DNA of 61,610 nt. Origin: Candidatus Woesearchaeota archaeon. GTDB taxonomy: Archaea > Nanobdellota > Nanobdellia > SCGC-AAA011-G17 > JACPNG01. A program made the translations under genes and the position numbers. Under the pieces are notes generated by a model that had not been told where the DNA came from, searched no databases, and worked only from the letters and a program-made list of their open reading frames with translations. Shown here in pieces: positions 1-10,252 of this stretch (position 1 is its first letter; each line of letters opens with the position of its first letter). The stretch lies in assembly GCA_018303485.1 (NCBI GenBank), contig JAGVYC010000008.1, positions 1-61,610 of the forward strand. The letters are read 5' to 3'.

Positions 1-142
1 GCTTATCCCAAAGATTATCCCAAAAAGAAGCACCAGTTATGTTCAATTCATAAGAGGTAAAGAATACAATAAAACCTAAAACCAAGACCAGAATCAAGAT
101 ACCCGATATTAATGCAATATTGCTGCTCCTCTTTTTTGCCAT
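1..142 (-). CDS. 5' end of a membrane protein gene running off the left edge (partial)
   Basis: Reverse-strand ATG at 142-140 reads MAKKRSSNIALISGILILVLVLGFIVFFTSYELNITGASFWDNLWDK. This is a basic N-terminus followed by a hydrophobic helix, and the frame stays open to position 1. Too short for the ORF track. Confidence 0.35.
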   Translation of the reverse strand, partial: MAKKRSSNIALISGILILVLVLGFIVFFTSYELNITGASFWDNLWDK

Positions 143-234
143 TCTTAAGTAAATCAGTATTGTTAATGTATATATATATTATGGTGCCACTTAAAGATAA
201 ATAACATTTTGGCTTATTCGAAAGCGTCCCGAGG

Positions 235-582
235 TTGATTGGACTTAACAGGAATTATGCAATATTATTCGACTACAAAAGAGTCATATATAAAGATGCA
301 ATATATTTTCCTATGAAAACTATTGGAAAGATTCTGAAGAAACTTAAAGAATTAGCAAAAAAAGATAATGAAAAAACTAGAGAAGAAATTGAAAAGCTGT
401 GCCATAGAATTTTAAATGAAGAATTCTATGAATATATGGTTCAAGACTGTGCGGTACAAGATGTGATAGATGAACTTAGTGTTATGGATGAAATCGAAGG
501 AAGAAAAGAACCCAAAATTTTGCACATGCCACTTGAAGAAGTAAAAAAAATTTTTGATGACTTAAAAAAAGCCGTCGAATAA
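235..582 (+). CDS. hypothetical protein (ATG start more likely at 313)
   Basis: The ORF-track frame begins on TTG. The first ATG (313) gives MKTIGKILKKLKEL, an acidic/lysine-rich helical protein. No recognisable motif. Confidence 0.3.
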   Translation: MIGLNRNYAILFDYKRVIYKDAIYFPMKTIGKILKKLKELAKKDNEKTREEIEKLCHRILNEEFYEYMVQDCAVQDVIDELSVMDEIEGRKEPKILHMPLEEVKKIFDDLKKAVE

Positions 583-665
583 TACTTCTCGCCTTTTGGG
601 CTCAACCCCCTACCCAACCACCCAAGACAAAAAGATATTTAAATTAGTCATAAGTCTATTAGTTT

Positions 666-2420
666 ATGGAAAAGAGGTTATTTATACTGTTAATATTATC
701 AAGTTTGTTTATTCTGTATGGTTTTAGCGTTACAATCGACAGCCCTGGCTCAAATGCAGTCTTAACAGGAACTAACAATATCGAAATTACATTAAGCTTC
801 AGCTCTGATATCAATGGAAATGCATCAGCTGTTTATTTTTATTACAAAAATCTCTCAGAAGAATCATTCTTATTATATGCAAATACTTCAACGAACTTTA
901 CAAAATACACTTTTTCATTCAATGCATCAAATTTCGAGGATACATTAGACGGCTACTTAAACGTAACAGTAAGCAATTATACCCCTTCATATCAAAATGT
1001 CTCTGCGATCATTCCAGTAAAATTAAACAACAATGCACCAGTATATACAATAATTCCAAATTTGACATGGCCAGAGGATACAACCAACAACACATTAAAC
1101 ATAAGCATGTATTTTAGTGATACAGAAAAAAGAAACAAGTTTACCTATACATCTTCTTCAGCAGATAGCATGGAAATATCAATAAACAGTTATACTGGTA
1201 TTGTTACAATAAAACCAGATAAAAATTTCAGCGGCGTTTCTTCAGTTAGGTTTACAGCCTCAGATGGAACATTAAGCAATACAAGCAATGAGGTTTTGTT
1301 GAATGTAACAAATATCAATGATCCCCCAACATTTAATGGCCCAATAACAAACAGAACATGGATAAGAAATGCAAATATGATTATAAAATTAAACGAGCAT
1401 TTTGAAGACATCGACAAAGATAAATTAACCTATGCATATCAATCTGCATTAGGCCATGTAACTGTTTCCATGGACCCCGATGGTATAGCCACATTAATAC
1501 CAGAAAAAGATTTTATCGGAAAAGATAACATTATTTTCACAGCATCAGATGGCACTCTCTCGACCTCAAGCAATAATGTAGATTTAGAACTTATAACAGA
1601 TACAAACAATCAGGCTCCAGAAATAACATCATCAACTCCTGCTGAAAATAGCATAAGCATTAACAAAGGAGAAAGTACAACATTTTCAATAACAATATTC
1701 GATCCAAATAAAGATACATTAACAATCAACTGGTACGTAAATGATGTATTAACAACAAGCAATACTGATTCATATACATTTGCTCCTCAAGATCTTGGAA
1801 GCTATGTAATTAAAGTTGAAGCTTCTGATGGAGTTTTAACAGCTTCTGATTCATGGAATGTTGATGTTCTAGGTGCAACAGAGCAGCCAGCAGCAGAAAG
1901 CCTATGTGGCAATGGAATGGTTGATTCAAATGAAGACTGTGAAAATTGCAATCTTGATGTCATATGCAAAGAAGATGAAAGCTGTGTAAATAAAGTCTGC
2001 ACAGCAATAAAAAAAGAATCTAATTTTCCATTGATAATCGGCTTGTTAACCTTAATACTTATAATAACAGTTGTAATTGTAGTTTTGTACCAGAGAAGGA
2101 AGAAGAAAGAGATATTCGGCCAGCAAAAAGAGCTTATAGTAACTTCTGATAAAAAAACAAATATGGCTGGAAAGACAGAAAAATTTTCAGAAAAGCCGCC
2201 TGCTGACATTATCGATTTCTATTTTACAAAAAAAGAAGAGAAGGTAGATTATTTAAAAGGAAATAACAAAGGATTTACAAAAACAGATTTAGTTTTGTTG
2301 AGAAACTATATAAAAATGGCCTTGGATAAAAACATGCCTCATGAAAAAATAAAAAGGAATTTAATCTCCAAAGGCTGGAACGCTGAGCAAGTTGAGATGG
2401 TATTAAAAGAGACAAGATAA
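666..2420 (+). CDS. secreted surface protein with repeated Ig/cadherin-like modules, Cys-rich stalk, TM anchor and cytoplasmic tail
   Basis: N-terminal signal/anchor MEKRLFILLILSSLFILYG. Repeated F-T-A-S-D-G-T-L-S modules, many N-x-S/T sequons, a Cys cluster CGNGMVDSNEDCENCN, and the TM segment FPLIIGLLTLILIITVVIVVLY followed by QRRKKK. Confidence 0.6.
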   Translation: MEKRLFILLILSSLFILYGFSVTIDSPGSNAVLTGTNNIEITLSFSSDINGNASAVYFYYKNLSEESFLLYANTSTNFTKYTFSFNASNFEDTLDGYLNVTVSNYTPSYQNVSAIIPVKLNNNAPVYTIIPNLTWPEDTTNNTLNISMYFSDTEKRNKFTYTSSSADSMEISINSYTGIVTIKPDKNFSGVSSVRFTASDGTLSNTSNEVLLNVTNINDPPTFNGPITNRTWIRNANMIIKLNEHFEDIDKDKLTYAYQSALGHVTVSMDPDGIATLIPEKDFIGKDNIIFTASDGTLSTSSNNVDLELITDTNNQAPEITSSTPAENSISINKGESTTFSITIFDPNKDTLTINWYVNDVLTTSNTDSYTFAPQDLGSYVIKVEASDGVLTASDSWNVDVLGATEQPAAESLCGNGMVDSNEDCENCNLDVICKEDESCVNKVCTAIKKESNFPLIIGLLTLILIITVVIVVLYQRRKKKEIFGQQKELIVTSDKKTNMAGKTEKFSEKPPADIIDFYFTKKEEKVDYLKGNNKGFTKTDLVLLRNYIKMALDKNMPHEKIKRNLISKGWNAEQVEMVLKETR

Positions 2421-2425
2421 ACATA

Positions 2426-3427
2426 ATGAAAAAAACATCTATTAAAAAAATCTCAAGTATGCTTGAAAGAGCAGAGAACCCTTTATATCTGTATGATGAT
2501 GATGCTGACGGCTTATGCTCGTATTTGTTATTAAAAAGAAAATTCAAGAAAGGTACTGGAATTCCTGTAAAACGAGCCCCAAAAATAGATGTTGATTTTG
2601 TCAAGATATTAAACCATTATACTTATGACTTGCTTGTTATACTCGACAAACCTTTGACAGACCAAGAATTCATAGACAAAATAAAGACACCGATTGTATA
2701 CCTGGACCATCACCAAATACAGGAGCTTAAGGGCGTTTACTACTACAATTCAAGGTTTAACAAAAATGATGACTCGCCAACAACAAAAATCTGCCATGAC
2801 ATTGTTAAGCAAGATGATTGGATTGCTGCAGTTGGCATTGTTGCAGACTGGCACTTGCCAAGCTTTCTAAAAAAACTAACAAAAGCTTATCCCGACTTGA
2901 TTAAAAATACAAAAAAACCAGAAAAAATATTATTTGAAATGGAGATGGGTAAGCTTGCAAAAATCTTTTCATTCATATTGAAAGGGGATAATAAGGTGCT
3001 TAAGGAATGTGTATCTGTCTTGGAAAAAGCAACCAGCCCTTATGAAATATTGGAAAACAAGAATAGCATAATAATGCAAAGATTCGAAGAGGTAAATAAA
3101 ATCTATGAAGAATTGCTTAATAGTGCAATTAAAGAAAGAAGCAGGGATAAACTTCTTGTATTTACATATTTATCTGGCAAGGTAAGCTCTACTGGAGAGC
3201 TGGCAAATGAATTGTTCTACAAATTTCCAAAGAAGATGGTTGTTATTGCAAGGGAAAAAGACAATGAAATGAGGATGAGCATACGTGGAAAAAATGCATT
3301 AAAGCACCTGGCAAAAGCCCTTGTTGGAATTAATGGATATGGTGGCGGCCATGAAAATGCATGCGGCGGCTCTGTGGCAAAAGAGGATTTTATAAAATTT
3401 TTAAACAACTTAAGGGCTTTAATCTGA
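2426..3427 (+). CDS. DHH/DHHA1 family phosphoesterase (RecJ-like / nanoRNase-like)
   Basis: Motifs DDDADGLCS, LDHHQ and C-terminal GGGHENACGG (DHHA1 signature) are present in the canonical order. Confidence 0.75.
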   Translation: MKKTSIKKISSMLERAENPLYLYDDDADGLCSYLLLKRKFKKGTGIPVKRAPKIDVDFVKILNHYTYDLLVILDKPLTDQEFIDKIKTPIVYLDHHQIQELKGVYYYNSRFNKNDDSPTTKICHDIVKQDDWIAAVGIVADWHLPSFLKKLTKAYPDLIKNTKKPEKILFEMEMGKLAKIFSFILKGDNKVLKECVSVLEKATSPYEILENKNSIIMQRFEEVNKIYEELLNSAIKERSRDKLLVFTYLSGKVSSTGELANELFYKFPKKMVVIAREKDNEMRMSIRGKNALKHLAKALVGINGYGGGHENACGGSVAKEDFIKFLNNLRALI

Positions 3428-4069
3428 AATAATTCTAATATCTGCTGCTGCAACATCATTCTCCAAAACAAACAATGGATTTACATCAATTTCTTTAACG
3501 TCTTTGTTTTTTTCAATAATCTTTGCTAGTTTTAATATTACATCTACAACATTATTCAAGTTTATTTTTTTATTCCTATAACCTTTTAATGCATCATAAA
3601 TCTTTGTTTCAGCTAGCATTTCAAAAGCGTCTTTTTTTGTTATTGGGCAGATTCTCATGCTTATATCCTTTAATATTTCAGTATAAATTCCACCAGAACC
3701 AGCAATAACAACGTCTCCAAAAGTATCATCCCTTTTAGCTCCAAGAATTAAAGCTATATCAGATAATACCATTTTCTGGATTAATATTCCTTGAATCTTC
3801 GCTTTTTTATTGTATTTCTTGGCATTCTTTACAGCTAAATCATATCTTTTTAAAAGCTCTTCCTTGGAGTTTATGTTTGTAAAAATAACATTGGCGTCAG
3901 TTTTATGAGAAATGTCTTTTGATATCAGCTTCAACACCAAGGGATATCCAATTTTCTCCACATATCCAGCAGCCTCTTCTTTGCTTTTTACAAGTTTCCC
4001 TTTAGGTATTTTTATTTTATATTTCTTAAATAATTCAACACCCTTTTTGTAATCAAGCAGCTTTTGCAT
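3419..4069 (-). CDS. stand-alone ATP-grasp domain protein resembling the beta part of ADP-forming acetyl-CoA synthetase
   Basis: YPLVLKLISKDISHKTD, GILIQKMV and EIDVNPLFV are typical of the ATP-grasp_5/AcdB-like fold. The 3' end overlaps the convergent DHH gene by 9 nt. Confidence 0.5.
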   Translation of the reverse strand: MQKLLDYKKGVELFKKYKIKIPKGKLVKSKEEAAGYVEKIGYPLVLKLISKDISHKTDANVIFTNINSKEELLKRYDLAVKNAKKYNKKAKIQGILIQKMVLSDIALILGAKRDDTFGDVVIAGSGGIYTEILKDISMRICPITKKDAFEMLAETKIYDALKGYRNKKINLNNVVDVILKLAKIIEKNKDVKEIDVNPLFVLENDVAAADIRIISD

Positions 4070-4245
4070 ATTACTTTAAGGTTGTCAAAAATATATAAAA
4101 CTTGGCTTTTTATATAATCTATTTAGAAAACTTTAACCCCGTTGCCAAGAAGCCTGTATCCTGAACTTTTTTAGGGTATAGATGGATTGGCTTATTGGGA
4201 GTAATATATATAAAGAAGAAAAATAATAGGAAAGTCTTGAAAATA

Positions 4246-6168
4246 ATGGTTGACATTAAAAAAATAATCCTGCTGCTCTTGTTAGTGCCTGCAGTTTATG
4301 CCAATATGGACAATTATAATAACTATAATTCCATTCTGATAGATCTCAATGTTTCTTCAACTGCAGACTCAGATGTAACCGGCAGCAATCCGAGGCTTGA
4401 TTTGGTAAACATATCAGTGTTGTTTTTTCCAAGGGATAATTATATGCAAAAAATTATTTCCGAAAAATTCTACTCTGATCCAAGCACTAATGCCAAAAAA
4501 AGCGAAGATTCAATAGCTTTTATATGGAAAAACCCAGAAATTAAAAAATATTCTTTTTCAACAGTTTATGGCATTAATACATTTAACAGCATTATCAAAG
4601 TAAACAATAAGATAAAATTTCCTTTAACCAACTTGGAAAAAGAATTAGCAAAGTATACTGTTCCAACAGAATATATAGATGTAAATGATGCAATTAAAAG
4701 GCAGGCAGCTGAAATTGCAGAAGGAGAAGACGATTACTATAAGGTTGTTTTTAAGCTAGCTGACTGGGTCAATAAAAATATAAACTATTCATTAAACACA
4801 TTGACAGAAGAGGTTGTAGAGAAATCAAGCTGGGTTCTTGAAAATAAATATGGCGTTTGCGATGAACTTACTAATCTATTCATATCAATGGCTAGGTCTC
4901 TTGGAATACCAGCAAGGTTCGTAACAGGAACAGTTTATACAAACCTCGGATATGCATTCCAGAATCATGGCTGGGCTGAGGTTTACTTTCCTGGCTATGG
5001 CTGGATTCCATTTGATGTGACATTTGCAGAGTACGGCTGGCTGGATCCTAGTCATGTAAAACTTTCTGATTCCTTTGATTCAGGAAGCCCATCAATAAGC
5101 TATATGTGGAAGTCTTATAATGTTAATCTCAATACGAATGATTTGTTAATAGAGGCAAAAGTGGCAAATGCAACAGGATCAGCAGAAAAAATTGTTGATT
5201 TCAGGGTAAAGCCTATTTTTGAAGAAGTTAATTTTGGCAGCCTTGTCCCTGTTGAATTAAATGTCAAAAATTTAAAGCCATATTATGTAGCAATGACTTT
5301 TAAAATAAAGAAAGCGCCAGGCATTTATAATGGCACAACTTCAAAAAGCATTGTTTTGGCGCCGAATGAAGAAAAGCCTCTTTATTGGATCTTTTACGCC
5401 CCGGTAATGGAAGACAAGAATTATATCTACATCTCTGAAATTGAGGTCATAGATAATTTCAATTACGCCGAGGAAAGTAAGGTAAAATACGCCTCAATAT
5501 ACGATTCTTATGACTTGAATTCTGTTACGAGCTTGATAAATTCATTGGCGCCAGAGCAGAAAAAGGAATTGCTTTCTGATGTTTCTATAACATGCAATGC
5601 ATCAAAGGAATACTTCTACTCTGATGAAATGGCTTTGGTTTACTGCAAGATTGAAAGCACAGGCAATAAAATCTTAAAAGACATCAACATTTGTTTGTTG
5701 GCAGAATGCAAGAAAATAGACCTTTCAATAGCAGAATCAAGAAACATTATATTTTCATACACATTTAAAACCAGCGGCAATTATATGGCTATTGCTAAGC
5801 ATGAAGACCTTGAAAAATACTCAAAATTCTACATCAAAGTTATAAAAAAACCCATTGTAATATTAAAAATACAGAATATAAGCGAAATCAATTACAATGA
5901 AATAAAAAACATGACATTGGAGATTGTAACAAATGCAAAGATAAACAATTTGACATTGAAGCTAAGCAAACATGATGCAGCTTCGATTGATGAACTGGAA
6001 GGCCGTTATGTACTAACCCTTCAGCTAAAAGGAAAAAACCTTCTTAAAGAAATGCCAATAGATTTAAAATACAAGGACGAAGTTGGAAAATATTATTTCT
6101 TAAGCAATAGCATTGACATTAAAGTAATAAACATCCCATGGTACAGAAGATTTTTTATGCTAGAGTGA
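4246..6168 (+). CDS. secreted transglutaminase-like cysteine protease domain protein
   Basis: Cys-His-Asp core: GVCDELTNLF, NHGWAEVYFPGYGWIPFDVT. The hydrophobic signal follows the ATG at 4246; the ORF-track start at 4195 is a TTG. Confidence 0.75.
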   Translation: MVDIKKIILLLLLVPAVYANMDNYNNYNSILIDLNVSSTADSDVTGSNPRLDLVNISVLFFPRDNYMQKIISEKFYSDPSTNAKKSEDSIAFIWKNPEIKKYSFSTVYGINTFNSIIKVNNKIKFPLTNLEKELAKYTVPTEYIDVNDAIKRQAAEIAEGEDDYYKVVFKLADWVNKNINYSLNTLTEEVVEKSSWVLENKYGVCDELTNLFISMARSLGIPARFVTGTVYTNLGYAFQNHGWAEVYFPGYGWIPFDVTFAEYGWLDPSHVKLSDSFDSGSPSISYMWKSYNVNLNTNDLLIEAKVANATGSAEKIVDFRVKPIFEEVNFGSLVPVELNVKNLKPYYVAMTFKIKKAPGIYNGTTSKSIVLAPNEEKPLYWIFYAPVMEDKNYIYISEIEVIDNFNYAEESKVKYASIYDSYDLNSVTSLINSLAPEQKKELLSDVSITCNASKEYFYSDEMALVYCKIESTGNKILKDINICLLAECKKIDLSIAESRNIIFSYTFKTSGNYMAIAKHEDLEKYSKFYIKVIKKPIVILKIQNISEINYNEIKNMTLEIVTNAKINNLTLKLSKHDAASIDELEGRYVLTLQLKGKNLLKEMPIDLKYKDEVGKYYFLSNSIDIKVINIPWYRRFFMLE

Positions 6169-6177
6169 AGCTCACAA

Positions 6178-6331
6178 TCGCAGCAAGCTGAGGGGCATCT
6201 GTCATGTTGTCATGCAAGATTTTCGGATTTATTGGAAGATTTCCAGAATAGCATGCAGACATTTCAAAAAGTAATTTCATTAGGACTATCATAGCAAGCT
6301 ATGGGGTATTCACCCAAACTGGAATAAAAAT
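6178..6331 (+). repeat. split copy of a 43-nt intergenic element (left arm 6178-6198, right arm 6293-6331)
   Basis: TCGCAGCAAGCTGAGGGGCAT and AGCAAGCTATGGGGTAT-TCACCCAAACTGGAATAAAAAT match the contiguous copy at 34518-34560. They are separated by 94 nt flanked by a 17-nt imperfect duplication. Confidence 0.6.
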
Positions 6332-6345
6332 AATAATGAAAAAAA

Positions 6346-6621
6346 TTAAGCCTCTTTAACCAGCTTGATGCTAGTCATTAATGCCCATACCCATGCAACA
6401 ATTATTGTTACAAAGCCAACAAATACCATCATGAGTGGATAGCTAATCAAGTACAATACCAACTGCATTACGCCTATTCTTGTTTCTCCACCAATAACGC
6501 TGCCTAACCCTGGAATGAATAAATTAATAATTAAGGCAACTATTGAAAGATTTTTATTTTTATTAGCACTGCTTGATTTTGCAGCAACAACTGGTTTTTT
6601 AGCAACAACCTTTTTAGCCAT
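6346..6621 (-). CDS. small membrane protein (basic N-terminus, two TM helices)
   Basis: MAKKVVAKKPVVAAKSS followed by IVALIINLFIPGLGSVIGG and LVLYLISYPLMMVFVGFVTIIVAWVWAL. Confidence 0.5.
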   Translation of the reverse strand: MAKKVVAKKPVVAAKSSSANKNKNLSIVALIINLFIPGLGSVIGGETRIGVMQLVLYLISYPLMMVFVGFVTIIVAWVWALMTSIKLVKEA

Positions 6622-6695
6622 TTTTAATCGCCTCCTTTGTTATAATTAATATGCTAATTCCAATCTATTTAATAGTTTATATAGTTTTCTTTGCA

Positions 6696-7682
6696 TCATT
6701 TAACGGCCTTTGCAGCCCTTAATTTGCTTACAATCCTTTGAAAAGTCCTAAATGACTTGTTTTCACCTGCCTTGTACAGTTCATAAATGTCTTTTAAGTT
6801 TTTTTCAGGATTCTCTTTTAATAATCTAAGAACTTTCTTCTCTTCACCCTCTAAGATCTTCTCATCATCAAAATCATCAATCTTTTTTGTTGCTATTTCA
6901 GCATGCTTTAACAATATCTTCCTTGAGGATTCTTCTTCTGCTATGTTTCCTGATTCTTCCAGCAAAAACAATCCTTTCCTTATGTCTTTTAATTCAAATG
7001 TTTTCTTAGCAATTAATTCAAAAGCATCATTCTCAAAAACATTTTTAACAAACGCATAATCTTTTCTCATCCTTAATATTTCTTTAACCTCATCAGGATT
7101 GTAAGGCTTAAATTCAAGCTTATCTAAATTTAACCTGGACATAATTCTTGGCTCTATTCTTCTAACGGAGCCGGCATCATTTGTAACCATTAATATGCAT
7201 TTCCTGTAAATCTTTTCTAATAAGGCATATAGAATGCTGTAATCCTGCATCTTGTCAAATTCATCAAATATGATGACAGCAGATTTCTTGTTTATGATGT
7301 TTGTTATCTCATCAATAAGGTCTTTTGTATTCTTGTCAGCTATCCATTTATATCCAATCTGGTTGCATATGTCTAATGTTATCTTGTAAGATGTTTCATC
7401 AATCCAGCAGTTTATGTATATCACAAGAATATCATCAGTCTGATCTTGCAGTTCATTAAGGACATGCTTGCAGCAAACAGTCTTGCCAATGCCCTGAGCT
7501 CCATATATCAGTAAATTCTTGCCGTCTCTCCTGTTAAACAATGGCTTTATGCAGTTTGCAATGTAAAACTGCTGGTTTTCCCTGAAAGGAATGAGCTTTG
7601 GCCGATATCCATAGTCTAAATGCTCCGGGTTCAAGAACAAGGATTCATTGCCTCCAAGAATATTGTCAAATAATCCCCCCAT
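6696..7682 (-). CDS. cdc6: Orc1/Cdc6 replication initiator (AAA+ plus winged helix)
   Basis: N-terminal YRPKLIPFRENQ, Walker A GAQGIGKT, Walker B VIIFDEFD, and a C-terminal wHTH-like region. Confidence 0.85.
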   Translation of the reverse strand: MGGLFDNILGGNESLFLNPEHLDYGYRPKLIPFRENQQFYIANCIKPLFNRRDGKNLLIYGAQGIGKTVCCKHVLNELQDQTDDILVIYINCWIDETSYKITLDICNQIGYKWIADKNTKDLIDEITNIINKKSAVIIFDEFDKMQDYSILYALLEKIYRKCILMVTNDAGSVRRIEPRIMSRLNLDKLEFKPYNPDEVKEILRMRKDYAFVKNVFENDAFELIAKKTFELKDIRKGLFLLEESGNIAEEESSRKILLKHAEIATKKIDDFDDEKILEGEEKKVLRLLKENPEKNLKDIYELYKAGENKSFRTFQRIVSKLRAAKAVK

Positions 7683-7743
7683 TTTAAATTTTTAATAACT
7701 TCCAACTTTAAAAGATTTATGTATCTCTAGCAAATAGGATGGT

Positions 7744-9354
7744 TTACATTATAAAAACAGTTGTATATCCCAGCTTAAAATTTAATCTGCCATTTGCTGA
7801 ATCTATTATCTGCAGGCTTCCTTCTTCATTTCCACGTTTTACAGGCACTTCGGTTATCTTTGCTGATTTTTTGTTCCATGGCACTGAAATTTCAATGCTA
7901 GGAGTCTCTTTGTCTAAACCATAAAATTTGCCATCATCATACCATGCAACAATTATCTTCTCGCCACTCTTTGTAAATTCATAAACATAAGCATTACCTA
8001 TCAAATCAATTTTTCTAACGCTGTCAAAACCCTCAAGATATTTTATTGACATTTTAACAGCATAAAATCCGGGCCTTTTTTCTTTTGGCTGCCTAATCTT
8101 GTCAAGCATGCTTGCAGTATCAATCAGGCCCATATTCGGCGATACTCCAGCTCCAAATGGTATAAACCAGTCCTCCATATTTCCTATGTTAATTCCCTTT
8201 AATCCTTCATAAGCAGAAACAGCAAACTTCCTGGGTATGTTTACTGCAATATTCCTTTCCAGCCATTCATTTGCCTTTTTATGATTAGGGTCATTCTTTT
8301 TGCGGACAGCTCCAATAATTTCAACAGCCTCGCATCTGGTTTTTGAGTCTACAGGATATATTTCTTTTCCGCTTAAAGGACCTATATTGCAGGTTTCAAA
8401 TCCTATAAACAAGGGGGACATTGGAAAAACATCCCCGCCATATATTTCCTTGCTAACATCTCTTTTTTTAAGCTCTCCTTTTATCCATCTTACTGTTGCA
8501 GGTATTTCAGAATAGTCTGATAATAAGTGCAAGTCTACAGTATCATAATAATCAACAGCGTCTAATATGATTCTTATATCATTAACAGTCTTTGGATTGC
8601 CCAATATTTTTTCTTCTTTTAATCTTCTTTCAACTTCTTTCTCATCTGGGTTTCCAACAAACATGCTGCTCATGAATAATGCATTCAGCATGACTTTGGC
8701 ATTTGGATTTGCTTCTTTTATAGCAGGATACGCTAATTTTAGCACTTCAACATATTCATTTCCATTGCCAGGAAAGAAACCGCTGAATTCTCGTTCAACC
8801 CCCCACTCATTTATCGGATATTTCAAGCCAGGCATGTCATCAATGCCATCTTTGTCATACCTTTCAACAGCAGCTTTAACAAATTTGACATAATCATCTT
8901 CATATTCTTGTTTTGGCCTTGTGTCTTTTACTTTTAAGCTGCCAGCATCCCTGGAAGCCCATGGTGATTCAGCAGTTATCAGTAGCTGCATCTTGTCAAA
9001 TCCTGCATCTTGATATTCCTTGACGATTGCATCAAGATTAACCCAGTTGTATGCAGATGAAGCAGAGCTTTGTATATTTTTCCATATTACAGCTTCAGGA
9101 TATGGCTTTGCAACATGTACTCTTGTTTCAGAATATACTTCTGCCAAGCCTAATGGTCCGTATTCAATGCCAAAGTCAAATCCATGAATTTGTTTTTCAG
9201 TTTCTTCAGTTCGTTCTTTTACAGATTTTTCCTCATTTTCAACGATTTTAACATTATTGCTTCCTGGAATTTCTTTTTTAATGGGCTGTTTTACGCAGCC
9301 AACTAATAGAAAAACAATCAAAACCAATAAAAAAATAAATAATCTCTTTTCCAT
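7744..9354 (-). CDS. secreted lipoprotein, possibly a TIM-barrel glycoside-hydrolase-like enzyme
   Basis: Signal plus lipobox-like LLVGC. YPINEWGVERE resembles a clan GH-A acid/base NE motif. The functional call is weak. Confidence 0.45.
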   Translation of the reverse strand: MEKRLFIFLLVLIVFLLVGCVKQPIKKEIPGSNNVKIVENEEKSVKERTEETEKQIHGFDFGIEYGPLGLAEVYSETRVHVAKPYPEAVIWKNIQSSASSAYNWVNLDAIVKEYQDAGFDKMQLLITAESPWASRDAGSLKVKDTRPKQEYEDDYVKFVKAAVERYDKDGIDDMPGLKYPINEWGVEREFSGFFPGNGNEYVEVLKLAYPAIKEANPNAKVMLNALFMSSMFVGNPDEKEVERRLKEEKILGNPKTVNDIRIILDAVDYYDTVDLHLLSDYSEIPATVRWIKGELKKRDVSKEIYGGDVFPMSPLFIGFETCNIGPLSGKEIYPVDSKTRCEAVEIIGAVRKKNDPNHKKANEWLERNIAVNIPRKFAVSAYEGLKGINIGNMEDWFIPFGAGVSPNMGLIDTASMLDKIRQPKEKRPGFYAVKMSIKYLEGFDSVRKIDLIGNAYVYEFTKSGEKIIVAWYDDGKFYGLDKETPSIEISVPWNKKSAKITEVPVKRGNEEGSLQIIDSANGRLNFKLGYTTVFIM

Positions 9355-9355
9355 T

Positions 9356-10252
9356 TTACGCGTTTATTCTTAATCCGCCATAAGCCATTGAAGAGCCAAT
9401 TCCCCTGCCAGCATAAAAAAATGCATTGTTTAATAGCTTTGACAAAATATCAATCACACTTTTCTTTTCAGTTGCTTCAATAATCTTGGCTTCTTTGATT
9501 TTCGCTAATTCCTTGGCTTTGTTAACAGCATCATCTTTATTTCCAAGCTTATCAACCAAACCAATGTCATAAGCTTCTCTGCCAAGATAAAATATGCCAT
9601 TTGCAAACTTGTCCAGCTTTTCAACAGTTATGTTCCTGTTTGAAGCAACATCTTCTATGAACATTTGATGTATTAAATCAAGCTTTTTCTGCAGCAATTC
9701 TTTTTCATTCTTGCTTAGTTTTTTGTAAGGCGTTCCAACATCTTTGTAATCCCCTGAAACTAGCCTCTCATAGCCGACACCATATTTTTCAAATAGCTTT
9801 GAAAATTCCAGGTATGAACTTGTAACACCAATAGAGCCGGTGACAGATAATTCATCAGCGACAATGTAATCAGAAGCAGACGCAACCCAATAAGCGCCAG
9901 AAGCTCCAGATTCCCTTATCCATGATACGCTTGGTTTTTTTAATTTATTAACCCTGTTTGCTATTTCCTTGCTTGCAACAACAGTTCCTCCAGGGCTGTC
10001 TATTTCAAATATTATTGCTTTTATTCTTTGATCCTTCTCAGCATTGTCTAGTTTTTTTATTAAATTATCAGAACTTGTTGTTTCTTCTCCAAATAAAAAC
10101 ATATCGGTTTCATCAGGCACAATAACCCCTTTTATCGGAATTATTACTATTTTATTCTCTATGCTATTGCTTTTTTCCAAAATCTTGACAGTTCCAAAGC
10201 TAACAAGCCATATTGCAATTAATGCAGTTAAAATAACAGTTATCTTATTCAT
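9356..10252 (-). CDS. sppA: signal peptide peptidase SppA (S49 family, 36K type)
   Basis: N-terminal TM segment, IDSPGGTVVAS, and GASGAYWVASASDYIVA containing the Ser nucleophile context. Confidence 0.8.
   Translation of the reverse strand: MNKITVILTALIAIWLVSFGTVKILEKSNSIENKIVIIPIKGVIVPDETDMFLFGEETTSSDNLIKKLDNAEKDQRIKAIIFEIDSPGGTVVASKEIANRVNKLKKPSVSWIRESGASGAYWVASASDYIVADELSVTGSIGVTSSYLEFSKLFEKYGVGYERLVSGDYKDVGTPYKKLSKNEKELLQKKLDLIHQMFIEDVASNRNITVEKLDKFANGIFYLGREAYDIGLVDKLGNKDDAVNKAKELAKIKEAKIIEATEKKSVIDILSKLLNNAFFYAGRGIGSSMAYGGLRINA

Noticed and set aside
6166-6331. Stop-codon readthrough of the transglutaminase gene: 44 codons are open in frame after the TGA at 6166-6168, and SPKLE* frames occur in all motif copies
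   Set aside because: The open frame ends in a TAG before the motif. The three motif copies are in different frames relative to their upstream genes, and TGA is used as a normal stop throughout the window. Recoding is not supported.
6622-7743. Replication origin adjacent to orc1/cdc6
   Set aside because: The flanking intergenic regions are only about 60-75 nt and show no repeated ORB-like dyads or G-strings. An origin cannot be supported from this window.
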